From contig NC_043010.1 of assembly GCF_006345805.1 (NCBI RefSeq), positions 60,822,001-60,886,000 on the forward strand: DNA of 64,000 nt, in the 5' to 3' direction. Below, one piece after another: positions 11,832 to 28,410 of this stretch (position 1 is its first letter; the number at the start of each line of letters is the position of its first letter). The stretch comes from Octopus sinensis. Lineage: Eukaryota. The notes under the pieces were generated by a model. That model searched no databases and had not been told where the DNA came from. It worked only from the letters and a program-made list of their open reading frames with translations. The translations under genes were made by a program, and so were the position numbers.

Positions 11832-12929
11832 AGGTATATGTGACCAGTCAATGGGGTTGGGGGTTACCCCCTAGAATGCTGCATAAAGGTAGATTAGTAT
11901 GGAGCTTTCTGAAAGATACGTCTAGCTTTCACTATTAGAAGCAAAACTCTTATTTAAAGGTTGATTCTTTGGGACAAATCATATGTGATTGTTTAAAAAA
12001 AGGCTAGAATGACAATACTAAAATGTATTTGAAGCAATGAACAACAGTTGAAATATCTTAATGGATAGGTAAATAAGCATCCTTAGAGGGAAACAACGCA
12101 TTGGTAGGTGAACAAAGGTATCAACAAATAGAAGAGAGGGAAGGGAACATCACCTTTCAGGTATGTCAGAATAGGTAAAGGTAAGCTTGCTAAAGTTTAA
12201 TGCAGTTTAAATATGGAAATCAAGATTTTACTTATAGGCCTTAGGTTGACCTGAGTGTATAGTAAAAAAAATTGCTAAGATATTGCAAAGCAGGATCAAG
12301 TCAGGAAACATGATTTTTGAAAGAATTTTCTTGAGTATTCAGCCATGCTTGTACATATGATTGTACATTTAATACAAGTGGCATTCTGTTGGTTATGATG
12401 ATAAGGGTGGAACAGTCTGCTCACAAAATTAATGTGCAAGTGGCTGAGCACTCCACAGACATGTGTACCCTTAATATAGTTCTCAGGGAGATTCAGTTTG
12501 ACACAGAATGTGACAAAGCTGACCCTTTGAAATACAGGTACTACGTGTTTTTGCCAGCAGAGTGGACTGGAGCAACGTCAAATAAAGTATGTTCCATTGG
12601 ATATTGAACTTATGACCTTACAATTGTGAGCTGAATACCCTAACCACTAAGCCACGTGCCTTCACTCTAATACAAAGTGTTTATACAATGAACCCCCACA
12701 ACCTGTGACCTGGTCATTGATATTGCTGGTCAATCGTTTGAGCTGACCACAACAATAGATACAGTCAGATGGACTATCCATGACTGGGTCATGGATGGAC
12801 TGGTATAGCCTCATAACACCTCACCAACAATTGTCTACAAACAGGTATAGACCAACGGAGTATCAATGGTGAACTCATTGATGTATGATCAGAGCATTTA
12901 ATATATAATGGTTATATATAAGCATAGAC

Positions 12930-13320
12930 AGGTGTGGCTGTGTGGTAAGAAGCTTGCTTCCCAACCACATGGTTCTGGATTCAGTCCCACTGTGTGGCAC
13001 CTTGGGCAAGTGTCTACTACTATAGCCTCAGGCTGACCAAAGCCTTGTGAGTCGATTTGGTAGACAGAAACTGAAAGAAGCTTGTCATATATATATATAT
13101 ATATGTATATGTTTGTGTGTCTGTGTTTTTCCCCCCACCTTTGCTTGACAACCAATGTTGGTGTGTTTACGTCCCTGTAACTTACCAGTTTGGTAAAAGA
13201 GACCAATAGATTGAGTACTGGGCTTACAAAGAATAAGTTCTGGGAGTCGATTTGTTCAACTAAAGGCGGTGCTCCAGCATGGCCGCAGTCAAGTGGCTGA
13301 AACAAAACAGAAAAAGAAGA
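12930..13320 (+). mobile_element. SINE family S1, full copy
   Basis: Aligns with 6255-6625. Confidence 0.85.
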
Positions 13321-14084
13321 ATATTTAATAATAACTTGTTACCAGTCCAAACATGCCTGAGGCATGTTCAAATCCATAAGGAAGTCTTTCGCTGTATTTT
13401 GTGATGGGGAAAATTTCCTGCTGTTGACAAATAAGCGTAAATAAACCGAGCCAGCTTAGAATGTCCCCTAACCAGACTGTTGGATGCATTTGATAATATC
13501 TAAATAGTTCAGGTGGTGAGCTGGTCAAATCGTTAGCACACCAGGAAAAATGCTTTGCAGCGTTTCAGCCATCTTTACATTTTGAGTTCAAATACCATCA
13601 AGGTCGACTTCGCATTTCATCCTTTCAGGGTCATTAAAATAAGTACCAGTTGAATATTGGGGTCAATGTAATCGTCTTAATCCTTTTCTCAAAATTGCTG
13701 GCCTTGTGCCAAAGTTTGAAACCAATAAAATCTAATAGGGGACTGGAGCAACACCAAATAAAATGTGCCACAAGGTATTACAATCGTGGGCTGAATACCC
13801 TAACCATTCAGCCATGTGCCTTCACCCTAATACAGTGTTTTTATAATGAACCTCACAGCCAGTGACCAGGTCATTGATATTGGTGGTCAATCAACTGAGC
13901 TGTCCACAACAACAGATACAGTCGGATGGACTATCCATGACTGAGTCACAGATGAATCAATATATAACTGTATATAACATAACACATATATAATGTAATA
14001 TATAAATGTATAATATATAACAAGATTATATTTAATGATATCGGAAAGTATTACACTGTAAACAAGACATGACTCTAATTTCTT

Positions 14085-14485
14085 ATTTCTTTATTGCCTA
14101 CAAGGGGCTAAACACAGAGGGGACAAACAAGGACAGACAAAGGGATTAAGTCGATTACATCGACTCCAGTGCATAACTGGTACTTAATTTACTTAATATA
14201 AGGTGGCAAGCTGGCAGAAACGTTAGCACGCCGGGCGAAATGCTTAGCGGTATTTCGTCTGCGTTACGTTGTGAGTTCAAATTCCGCCGAGGTCGACTTT
14301 GCCTTTCATCCTTTTGGGGTCGATAAATTAAGTACCAGTTATGCACTGGGGTCGATGTAATCGACTTAACACCTATGTCTGTCCTTGTTTGTCCCCTCTG
14401 TGTTTAGCCCCTTGTGGGTAATAAAGAAATAGGTACTTAATTTATCGACCCCGAAAGGATGAAAGGCAAAGTCAACCTTGGCAGA
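14085..14485. mobile_element. S2 SINE (+) inserted into an S2 SINE (-)
   Basis: 12-bp TSD GGTACTTAATTT at 14179-14190 and 14432-14443. Confidence 0.85.
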
Positions 14486-15727
14486 ATAGGACATGACCCT
14501 AATGGGATGTTATATGATTTAAACGGCTGCTAGGGCAGTGATGTAACTGTTTCTGTTTCAATCTCAGATCAAGCCATAAGCCAACCAAATATTTAGTCTT
14601 TCCTCTAATAAACTGGCCACAGTTGACAATTATTCTGGGGTTATTCCCTGTCTGTCCTTCCATATTTTCTAATGTCCCCTGTCATCATTCACTGCCCTAA
14701 TAAACCCCATCCTTTGTTGAAATCCCTTTGCTGCCATTCAGTCCCTTGGTCTCTTGCAATGCAGCATCATGCAATGGTTACCGGCACTTGCTGCACTCTG
14801 TGTACAGCACTGCATTCCATTAGCATCGAACACGCGCACCGTGCACTGTAACCAAGGCGACCATTAACAAGCAGACGACAGATGATCCAGTTAGAAATTG
14901 ATAATAAGCACATGACTCTGACAGATAAAGAGAGTGGGAGAGGACGGCGACAGAGGAAGAGGAGAGACGAGGAGAGAGACGAGGAGAGAGAGAGAGGGGG
15001 GGATTCAATGAGAGGGAGGGATGAGGTGTGGAATAATAGGGAGACGAGAGAGAGAGGTGGGCAATTGCAGTGGATTCACGTGAACGTGCAGTGGAGGGGA
15101 AGAAAAAGGGTTAGGGGGAGAGGTATGGATTAAGGTGGAGCAGGAGTAAGAGGGTGGGGTAGAGGCTAGGATAAGTGGGAGGAGGAGGAGGAGGATAGAG
15201 AGGGAGACAGGTTATAACGTGATTGATGGTGTTTTGGGTTTTTGCATAGATTTAAGAACTGAGCTGTTGTGATGTTCATGCCTGTCTTACTGACGACAAA
15301 GGAGAGAAAGAGAGAAAATGGTTAAAAAATACAAATGAGTATATGAGGGAACGAGGGAGGAGAAAAGAGAGAGTGTAGGGATTTAGGGATCAGTATTAAG
15401 AAGCAGAGAAGAGTATAGAATGAGAGAGAGAGAGAGAAAGGAAAAAGAGAAGGAATTGAAAGAGAGGGAGAGAGTAGCAGAAAGATATGGGGAATGGAGA
15501 GAGGAGAGCGAGGAAGAGAGAGAGGAGAGAGAGAGAGAGAGGGAGAAAGAGGGAAAAGATGAAATGAGTGAACGTGTATATATATTATATATATATATTA
15601 ATGAGCATGTGTGTATAGTAACACATGCAAATATATCAATATTGTGTTTTGTAATATATACATACACACATCTCTTGATAAAAAAGATATACACATAGAT
15701 ATATGTATATGTGGTATGTGTTTGTGT

Positions 15728-15799
<72 letters not shown>

Positions 15800-15825
15800 G
15801 TAGATAGATAGATAGAGAGAGAGAG

Positions 15826-15935
<110 letters not shown>

Positions 15936-16046
15936 GGATAGTTAGATAGAAACAAATACTTCTGCTTAGAAGTATGATATTGAACAGTTTACCTTAAATT
16001 GTGTTTCTCCCAATTTTGATTTTTTTTAAATAGGTGCATATTAAAA

Positions 16047-16082
<36 letters not shown>

Positions 16083-16418
16083 AATAACTTACGGTGCATT
16101 TTTGCTATATTTTCTTTCAGAGGTGAATTTGTGGTCCATTGCTCCCGTTTGGTTAATTCCCATAAAGTCATAGCCCCCACTACTTGTTGAGTCGTTGTGC
16201 ACTCTCAGTAATTAAGTATCTCGTTTCGATAAACGAAAAATGTGCTGCTCGGGTTCACCTAAGTCTATCTATTGTATATAAACACACACGCACGCGCGTA
16301 TATAAGTGTGTACGTACATATTCACATATGTATGTGTGTATGTATGTGTATGTATGTAAGAATGAGATTATATCTGCATATGTATGAATATTTGTATATG
16401 TATATCTGTGTATATGTG

Positions 16419-16454
<36 letters not shown>

Positions 16455-16467
16455 TACACACACACAC

Positions 16468-16499
<32 letters not shown>

Positions 16500-16879
16500 T
16501 TTCAATGTTATGTATATGAATGATGATGATGATATATATATGTATGAGCGAGTGAGTGTGTGTACATGTGTGTGGTGTGTGTGTGTGTATATTACATACA
16601 CACACACACATGCATATGCTAGCATCTGTGTATACAGAGAGAGAGAGGGAGAGGGAAAGAGAGAAAGAAAGAAAGAAATAAAGAAAGAAAGAAGGAAAGA
16701 ATGGAAAAGAGAGAGCGAAGAGATTAAGGAGAACAAATATGAATTGGGGCTGGGAATAAGGATGAAGGGGACAGAGAAATGATAGAGTGTATTGAACTGA
16801 TTAGAGGCTGAAGATAGGGGGCAGGGGTAGAGTTTAGAGCACACACACACACACACACACACACACAGCTAAGTGAGCC

Positions 16880-16933
<54 letters not shown>

Positions 16934-17660
16934 AGAAGAGAAAAATGTTTAATGAAGGGGAAGAAAGGAGCTGAAGAACAAACGTGTTCCCTTTTGTCAA
17001 AAAATCGATAGAGTCAGTGATGTTGAGATGTATGGCCTGTCTGTTGTTGTTGTTGTTGTTGTGCTTGTGGTTGTGGCTGCTGTTGTTGTTGTTGTTAGTA
17101 GCAGTCGGTGACATCAATAGAGAAGAATGCTGGTCACATTTATGTAAATATGGTGGAGTGGGGGAGGAGGGGGGACACAGATAGAAACTTGTTGTTGGGG
17201 GTGGAGGGGGTGAGAGGTGGGGTGGGTGGTCGTATGTGTGTGTGTGTAGGTATATTATACATAATATATATATAATATATATATATTATATATATATATA
17301 TATAATATATATATAGAAAGAGAGAGAGAGAGAGAGGGAGAGACACACCACACACCACACAGAAAGAGAGGGAGAGAGACAGACAGACAGAAGTGTAGGG
17401 GGTGTGGTTGTGTGCGTGTGTATGTGTATGAGTGTTTTATTTGTGTGTCTATGTATAACTAGGTATTTGTGTATGTACCTGTGGAAATGTGTTTGTGTGT
17501 GTGTATGTAAGATAACACGGTCTTTGTGAGTATGTGTGTCTATAACAAGGTGTGTGTGTGTGTCTGTAGGTGCATGTGTGTGTAACTGGGCATATGTGTA
17601 CATGTACACATAAATGTGTACGTTTTATCTTTTATGTGTGCATTTATTTTGATACGCACA

Positions 17661-17699
<39 letters not shown>

Positions 17700-17806
17700 C
17701 ATGTATGTATGTATGTATGTATACACATGCACACACACACACACACACACATATTTCTGCCCATGTGTAACCTGTCGTTTCTCTCAATCCGCACTTGAGT
17801 CCCTAT

Positions 17807-17969
17807 ACATTTTCCTATTTTCTCTCTCCCTGTTTCTTTCTGTCGAAGAGCATAGGCTCGAAATGTAAAACACTTTCTCACTTCCCGAGCGTTAAACTAA
17901 TACACCTGTTTGTTGTTTACACACCCGTCATCATCTTTTGTTGTTTGTTTTTTTGTGTAAATTCTTACT
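17807..17969 (+). mobile_element. ~160-bp non-autonomous element with decayed hammerhead-like motif (family B)
   Basis: CTTT CTGTCGA A GAGC-ATAG-GCTC GAAATGTA AAA; shares its body with 19965-20124 and 49165-49340. Confidence 0.65.
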
Positions 17970-17970
17970 A

Positions 17971-18001
<31 letters not shown>

Positions 18002-18569
18002 ATATATATATATAAATATATGTGTATGTGTGTGTGTGGATGTGTGTGTGAGTATGCATGTATGTACGTATGTATGTGTATATATATCTTTAAACATATA
18101 TATGTATGTGTGTGTGTATATATATATATATGTATGTATGCATATATATATATGTATGCATGTATTATACGTGTGTGTATGTGTGTATGTGTGTGTATGT
18201 GTGTGCGCACGCGAATGTATTCTTCTTGTTTCATTCGTTGGACTGTGGCCATGCTGGGGCACCACCTTGAAAGATTTACTTGAGCAAATTGATCTCAAAA
18301 ATACTTTTTAAGTCAGGTATATATTTTATCAGTCTCTTTTGCTGAACCACTAAGTTACAGGGAAGCAAACAAACCAACACTGGTTGTCAGGTGTTGGGGG
18401 ACAAGCACAAAGGACACACCACACACGTGGTGGGCTTCCATACAGTTTCCAACTACCGAATTCACTCAAACCATTCATTGGCTTAGGGCTGTAGTAGATA
18501 ACATTTGCCCAAGGTGCAGCACAGGGGCACAAACCCCAAACGAGATGTTTGTAAACTGAGCTTCTAAAC

Positions 18570-18600
<31 letters not shown>

Positions 18601-18626
18601 ACACACATACACACATACACACACAT

Positions 18627-18665
<39 letters not shown>

Positions 18666-19964
18666 AACATTATCAACCACACATACTCAATGCATGCACA
18701 TATTTTGCTTGTATGCTGTGGTACACTGCTCCGGGGACGGACAGACAGACAGACAGGCAGACAAAGAAATGTAAGGGGTATGGATGTGTGTGTGTGTGTC
18801 TATGTGTAACTAGGTGCTTGTGTATGTACCTATGAAAATGTGTGTTTGTGTGTGTGTGTGCGTATGTAACATAATGGGGTGTTTTTGAGTACGTGTGTAA
18901 ATAACAAGGTATATACACCAGTATATACTGGCAATGACTCCCTTAAAACATTGGGAGTTAAAACACCTGAAAGTGGTAGACAGGTAAGACAACTCCCTCC
19001 AATTGCATTCAGGAGTGATGGATATCAATGTTTCATCATTTTTGTGGCTTATCAACATCACATACCTGAGCTGAACTTCAGATGACCTGAATTGCCAGTC
19101 TACGACTATAGAGAGATTGTGTAAAAACCATTTGCTAGGATCACACAACGATTGCTTACGTACTATTAATTCAGCTATGGCACTTATTCTATCAATCTTT
19201 TTTGCCAAACCACAAAGTTACTGGAGCGTAAACATACCTATTTCTTTACTGCCCACAAGGGGCTAAACACAGAGGAGACAAACAAGGATGGACAGATGGA
19301 TTAAGTCGATTATATCGACCCCAGTGTGTAACTGGTACTTAATTTATCGACCCCGAAAGGATGAAAGGTAAAGTCGACCTCGGCGGAATTTGAACTCAGA
19401 ACGTAACGGCAGACAAAATACCACAAAGCACTTTGCCCGGCATGCTAACATTTCTGCCAGCTCATCGCCCTGGGGCATAAGCATACCAACGCCGATTGTC
19501 AAGTGGTGGTGGGGGATAAAACAGATGCACACATACACACATGTGTGTGTGTGTAATATATAATGTACATATATATAACAAATGACGGAGGCAGAAAATG
19601 GGATATGCAAGAAACTTTATTGCTCATAATAATCGTTTCAATGCATCCTGCATTGATCCCTCGTGGGTGGGATTCTGCACAGCTGGTTGTGATGCATCCC
19701 TCTTGGCAGATGCACATCCCCAGGTGATGTTATAAGGGATGTCTTTTTCATTCGGTTTTAACACTCGTTGTTAGTGGCAGTATGTTTAAACCTGAGGAAT
19801 TCCTGAGGTAGATCCAGCGACAATTGTATAAATACAGTGGGTGACATCAGGTAGCCATAAGCAGTGGAAGTGCTCTATCGGCTGACTGCTAGGAACAAAC
19901 CCAACACTTAAATACTGATTTATATATATATGTCGGAAGATTTCACAAAAAAACAATATATATA

Positions 19965-20124
19965 TAATTTTAAAAAAAAAAAGACAAAGACAGGTGGTGT
20001 AGACAACAAACAGATGTATTAGTTTAATGCTTGGGAAGTGAAAAAGTCTTTAATGTTTCAAGCCTATGCTCTAACACAGAAAGAAACAAGGAGGGAAAAT
20101 AAAGAATGTGTAGTGGCTAGCGAT
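19965..20124 (-). mobile_element. Family B element
   Basis: Reverse complement aligns with 49165-49340, including the ATCGCTAGCCACTA start; (TA)n-adjacent. Confidence 0.65.
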
Positions 20125-20501
20125 ATATATATATTCTTTTATTTCTTTACTTGTTTCAGTCATTTGACTGTGGCCATGCTGGAGTGCCGCCTTTAGTCAA
20201 GTAAATCAACCCCAGGACTTATTCTTTGTAAGCCTAGTACTTATTTTATTGGTCTCTTATGCTGAAGTTTTGGGAATATGCTAAGTTTTGGGGATATAAA
20301 CACACCAGCATCAGTTGTCAAGCGATGTTGGGAGGACAACCATACACACACACATACACATATATGTAATTTTATGTATATGTATTATTTTTTTTATGTG
20401 TTTGAAAACCATGGTGATTTTTATATACGATTAAATGTTTGAGTGGTGGTGTTGTATGTAAATTTAATATTTGTTCTGTATCCAATGCTTCTTTATATAT
20501 A

Positions 20502-20567
<66 letters not shown>

Positions 20568-20914
20568 CTATGGACAACAGGCTACTTTCAGTTTCTGCCT
20601 GCCAAATCCACTCTCAAGTCTTTGGTCGGCCCGAGGCTATTGTTTTGTATTAATTATGCATTATCATATAGGCCTGACATTTGGATTACGTGGTTGCTTA
20701 TTTTCAGAATGATAATGTAGAGTAGATGTAAGGGGCCAGATCCGGACAGTTTTAAGCATAAATAGAATATACAGGCTCAATATGACTGCTTTGGATGTTA
20801 AAGGGATTTGTCACAGAATCTGGGAAATGAGCCCAGATCTGAACTTATGGCTCAGGATGGACCCTTGAGCCTTGAATGTCTGCAAATATTTGATATCATA
20901 TTTTTTTATTCTTT

Positions 20915-21400
20915 TATTCTTCTACTTGTTTCAGTCATTTGACTGCGGCCATGCTGGAGCAGCACCTTTAGTTGAACAAATCAACCCCAAGACTTATTCT
21001 TTGTAAGCCTAGTACTTATTCTATCCATCCCTTTTGCCAAACCATGAAGTAAATTGACCCCAGGACTTATTTTTTGTAAGCTTAGTACTTATTCTATTGG
21101 TTTCTTTTGCCAAACTGCTAAGTTACAGAAATATAAACACTCTAGCATTGGTTGTCAAACGATGGTGGGGGGGGGACAAACACAGACGCACAAATGTGTA
21201 CATATACACACACATACACACACACATATATATATATATATACACGACAGGCTTCTTTCAGTTTCTGTCTACCAAATCCACTCATAAGGCTTTGGTTGGC
21301 CCAAGACTATAGTAGAAGGCAATTGCCCAAGATTCCACACAATGGGACTGAACCAGGAACAATGTGGTTGGTAAGCTATCTACTTACCACACAGCCACTC
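20915..21400 (-). mobile_element. SINE family S1 with an internal 73-bp tandem duplication
   Basis: Tail segment repeated at 20978-21050 and 21051-21123. Confidence 0.8.
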
Positions 21401-21612
21401 CTGTTAAATATACATGCTTGTGATGGGATACACACTTGTCATATGTGCATGTAACGTCTATATAATCACATGACCATAGGAACTTACCTCAGGGTGGGGT
21501 GGGGGTACCATTCTCTGTTCATACAATCAGCATCACTTAGGTAATGTTGTGAGTTGAAGAGCTTCAATCAGTTGGGATTATCTTTGCAATTACTAGATAA
21601 AAATCCTAATAT

Positions 21613-21688
21613 GGGCATATGGCATAGTGGTTAAGAGCGTGGGCTACTAACCCCAAGATTCCGAGTTTGATTCCAGGTAATGACCTGA

Positions 21689-21719
<31 letters not shown>

Positions 21720-21883
21720 ACAACAACAACAACAACATCGAAAAATACCTTAGGATGAGAACCCAGGTTCAAAATTTCCCCCAAGACACCTGATGAAGGC
21801 TGGAGGGTATATCAGCCAAAACATGTTAACAACAAACAAGATGAGGACAAATATCTGTTGAATGTAAATAATGTAAATAATGT
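21613..21883 (+). mobile_element. tRNA-headed SINE with (AAT)n spacer and hammerhead-containing tail (core decayed in this copy)
   Basis: A-box-like TGGCATAGTGG, B-box-like GAGTTTGATTCC, then AAT/CAA repeats. Tail contains CTGATGA A GGCTG..CAGCC AAAA (G12 lost) and ends in (TGTAAATAA)2. Confidence 0.8.
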
Positions 21884-24104
21884 CCTATTACTAGTGTTTA
21901 AAATCCAAGAACAATATGCAAAATAGATAAATCTAATCAGACCAGACATTTAAAATTTAGGGGGAATAAAGACTGTGGAGGTGAGAGTGAGTCTTGTCTT
22001 TGAAGGCAACTGAGGAAAAGTGATGGCCACGTTTCAGTCTTATCAGACCTCTTCAGATACATGTCTTAATGATTAGGGTATTTAGATCATGATCATAAGC
22101 TTGCAAGTTTAATTCCTGGTGGTGTGTTGTGTCCTTGGGCAAGACTCTTTATTTTCCATTGTTCCAGTCTCTTCCATTGGCAAAAAGTGAGTTGGACTTG
22201 TACTTCAAAGGACCAGCCTTGTCACATTCTGTGTCACACTGATTCTCCCTGAGAACTACATGAAGGGTACACATGCCTGTGGAGAACTCAGTCACTTGCT
22301 CAGGAATTTCATGAGGAGGATGTTCCGTTTGATCACCTGCAACTTTCATGGGGATAACTGACAGAGTGCCAGTTTTAGACCCCCTCACAGAAGAATATTT
22401 CACACAGTTAGCAAGACTTACACACGACAAGTTGTCATCATCATCATCATCATCATCATTAACAATAACAACATCACCACCACCATCAACATTATTTTTT
22501 CTCTACATAATTCCATGTTGGCATCAAGTAGACAGGATTATTTGAGACAATATTTTACAGTTGGATGCCCTTCCTGATGTCAACCCTTTAGTTTTGTCTT
22601 GCAGTGTACTTGGTGACCCTGTCAGTGCAGATGCCATTTAGAAAGCATCTAGTCCACTGTAAAGTGGTTGGCATTTGGAAGGGCATACAGCTGTAAAAAC
22701 CTTGCCAAAACTGACCTTGCCTGTGCTTGTGTCACGTAAAAAGCACCAAGTCCACTCTACTGAGTGGTTGGTGTTAGGAGGGGCATCCAGCTGTAAAAAT
22801 CCTGCCAAAACAGTTACAGAAGTTTGGTGCAGGCTTCTCATCTCACCCATGCCAGCATGGAAGGCAGATGTTAAATGATGATGATGATGATGATGATGCA
22901 CAGTTTATGGACCTGTTTTAAAAGCCAGGATCTAAAGAAGTAAAAGCAAAAAAAAATATGAATGATAAAAGTTCTCAGTGGGACACAGAATAAACAGAGG
23001 AAGGATCGGATATCACTAAGAAGTTTAAAGTGAGTTGAACACTTTACAAGAATGTTGAACCATCATCGTTAGGTCTGCTTCTCTTATATTTGGCCTTACT
23101 TTGGGGCCCCAAGTCCTTGGGGAAATTGTTAAGGCACTATTGTCATATATAGCATGTCTTGGACATTTTGAGACCAGGCAGAACCTTCTGCTCCCTCTTT
23201 GGTTGAAACTACGGGGGATTTCTTCCAGAAAGAGACAAAGAGTTAGGCTACAAGAAATGATGAGACAGAAAAGAAATTGGCCTGTTGACCCCAGTACAGC
23301 ACTGGTATTTTATTCATTGACTCCAAAAGGCTGAATGGTAAAGGTAAACTTCATAGAATTTAAACTCAGCATTATTTCATAAGGGTTGCTGCTAAAAACA
23401 GATTGTCCATGTCTGATGTGGTGCTTTTTGGTTCAACCAGATGGACTGAGCCTTCAAAAGCTTTAAAATTATGACAAAGTTATTTTACAAAATTCTTTAT
23501 TATTTTCAAAACTGATTAGTGTATTTCAATAGAAATATGGTAATAAAAAGGTTAAGGGCCTCAGGTTTGGTAATGCCATGAATAAACCCCTAAGCTCTTA
23601 AGTTACTGGTGAAGCTTTACAGTTAATAAAAAATATATAAGCACTACTTTGCATATTGGCCCCTACATATACATACATGCATGGTATTTTGGGAAAGTGT
23701 CTTCTACTGCAGCCCCACAAAGGCCAAAGCCTTGCAAGTGGATTTGTATGTATGTATTTGTATGTGTGTCTGTCTGTATGTATGTATGTACACATGTATA
23801 TATGTATGTGTATGTGTGTCTGTATGTATGTATGTACAGATATATATATGTATGTGTGTTGGTGCTTGTGATTGTCCTCCCTCTCCACTGCTTGACAACT
23901 GGTGTTGGTGTGTTTACATCCCTGTAACTTAGCAGCTCAGCAAAATAGTTCGATAGAATAAATACTAAGCTTTAAAAAAATAAATAATTCCTGTATTTAG
24001 TTTGTTTGACTGAACCTGTCCAAGTTGTGCCCCAGCATGGCCACAGCCTAATGCCTGAAACAAATGGTAGGTAAAAGATATATATATATATATATATATA
24101 TACT

Positions 24105-24384
24105 GTATGTGTGCACGTGCACGCGTGTGTGCACATGTGTCTGTGTGTGTATGTCTGTGTATGTGTGTGAACGTGCATTTGTGTATGTGTGTGCATGTGT
24201 GTGTATGTGTGTGTATTTGTGTGTTGTATGTGTGTTGTGTGTGTGTTGTGTGTGTGTTGTGTGTGTGTTGTGTGTGTGTATGTGTGTGTATGTGTGTGTA
24301 TGTGTGTGTTGTGTGTGCATGTGTGTGTGTTGTGTGTGTGTGTGTGAGTGTGTGTGTGTGTGTGAGTGTGTGGTGTGTGTGTGT

Positions 24385-24423
<39 letters not shown>

Positions 24424-24440
24424 GTGTGTTCGTGTGTGTA
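24105..24440. repeat. (GT)n-rich microsatellite
   Basis: Direct reading. Confidence 0.95.
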
Positions 24441-25152
24441 GATAGACACACAAAGTTAAATAGGGAGACTGATAGACAGAGAGTTGGATGTCACCAACAG
24501 ATGAGAGATAGGAATTCTACCAAAACGTGTCGGCAACAGATCCTTCAACGTATATCCCCCGTTGATATGATTGAAAAAACTGGATGGTCATGGTTGGAAT
24601 AGCTATAATCAGTAATTTGTTGAAAGTGAGATAACCTGGTGTTGAACAACAACAACAACAAAAACATTTGAAATCTACTAAACCACTGTTTACATTGTCT
24701 CCGTCAGTCATTCATGAAACTAACAGAAGTGTGTGTGTGTGTGTGTGTGTGCATCTTTGCCAATGTATGTGTGTATGTCAGTTTTTGTGTGTGTCTTTCT
24801 GTTCCTGTATGTCACCATGTGTGTATGTATGTGTGTCAATATGCAGCTGTGTGTTCCGTGTACTTCTTTCAGTTTCCGTCTACCGAATCCATTCACAAGG
24901 CTTTGGTCAACCCATGGGTATAGTAGAAGACACTTGCCCAAGGTGCCACACAGTGGGACTGAAACCAGAACCATGTGGTTGGTAAGCAAGCTACTTACCA
25001 CACAGCCACTCCTGTGCCTATATATATGCATGTGTGCATGCGTATATGTATGCATATACATATATATGAATATATATATACGCACACACATATATATTCA
25101 TATATATATATACATATATATGAATATATATATATACGCACACACATATATA

Positions 25153-25197
<45 letters not shown>

Positions 25198-25226
25198 GAA
25201 TGTATATATATACATATATGTGTGTG

Positions 25227-25259
<33 letters not shown>

Positions 25260-25979
25260 GTACATATGTATGCATTTTTGTATATGTGAGTGTACCTATA
25301 CAAGTGTGTGTGTGTGTGTGTGTGTTTGTACACACTCATCTGCCACGACTACCACATTCTCCGCATCCTTCGTATCCCCAGTCCCTCCATCCTCTCCACC
25401 CGTCACCGTTCACTTCTGGCATGCATGGCATGTCGCTGGCCCATACCGAACAAAACACCAACACTGAAATGGGAGCAGGAGCAGCAGCAGCAACAACAAC
25501 AACAACAGTTGTAGCAGCAGCAGCAGCAACAACAACAATCTTTACAATGACCATCATCATTTTCATCATTAGCATCATTAGCATCATCATCACATCAGCA
25601 TCATTTTCATCTTCTTATCATCATCTTCTTCATCTGATGATCATCACCATCATCATCAGCATCATCGTCATCATTGTCATAATCGCCGTCATCGTCATCA
25701 TCTTCTTCTTCTTCTTCTTCTTCTTCTTCTTCCTCGTCACCTGCTTCACCATTATCATCGTCGTCGTCATCATAATCATCGTCATCATCTGCTGCTGAAG
25801 AATTTTTGCAACATTCCGTCAATGCATGCTGCCAACAAATATGTGCAACACCAGCACCGATATCTTGCAGCTGCTATTGTTGCTGCAACCGACGCTGCCT
25901 GCTTCTTATAAAGAATTAATTTGCAAGGAATTTCCGGAAAACATCTGAAGCTTCCATGTTCTAGATTTTGTATTTTTTG

Positions 25980-28380
<2,401 letters not shown>

Positions 28381-28410
28381 TATTATTATTATTATTATTA
28401 TTATTACTTA

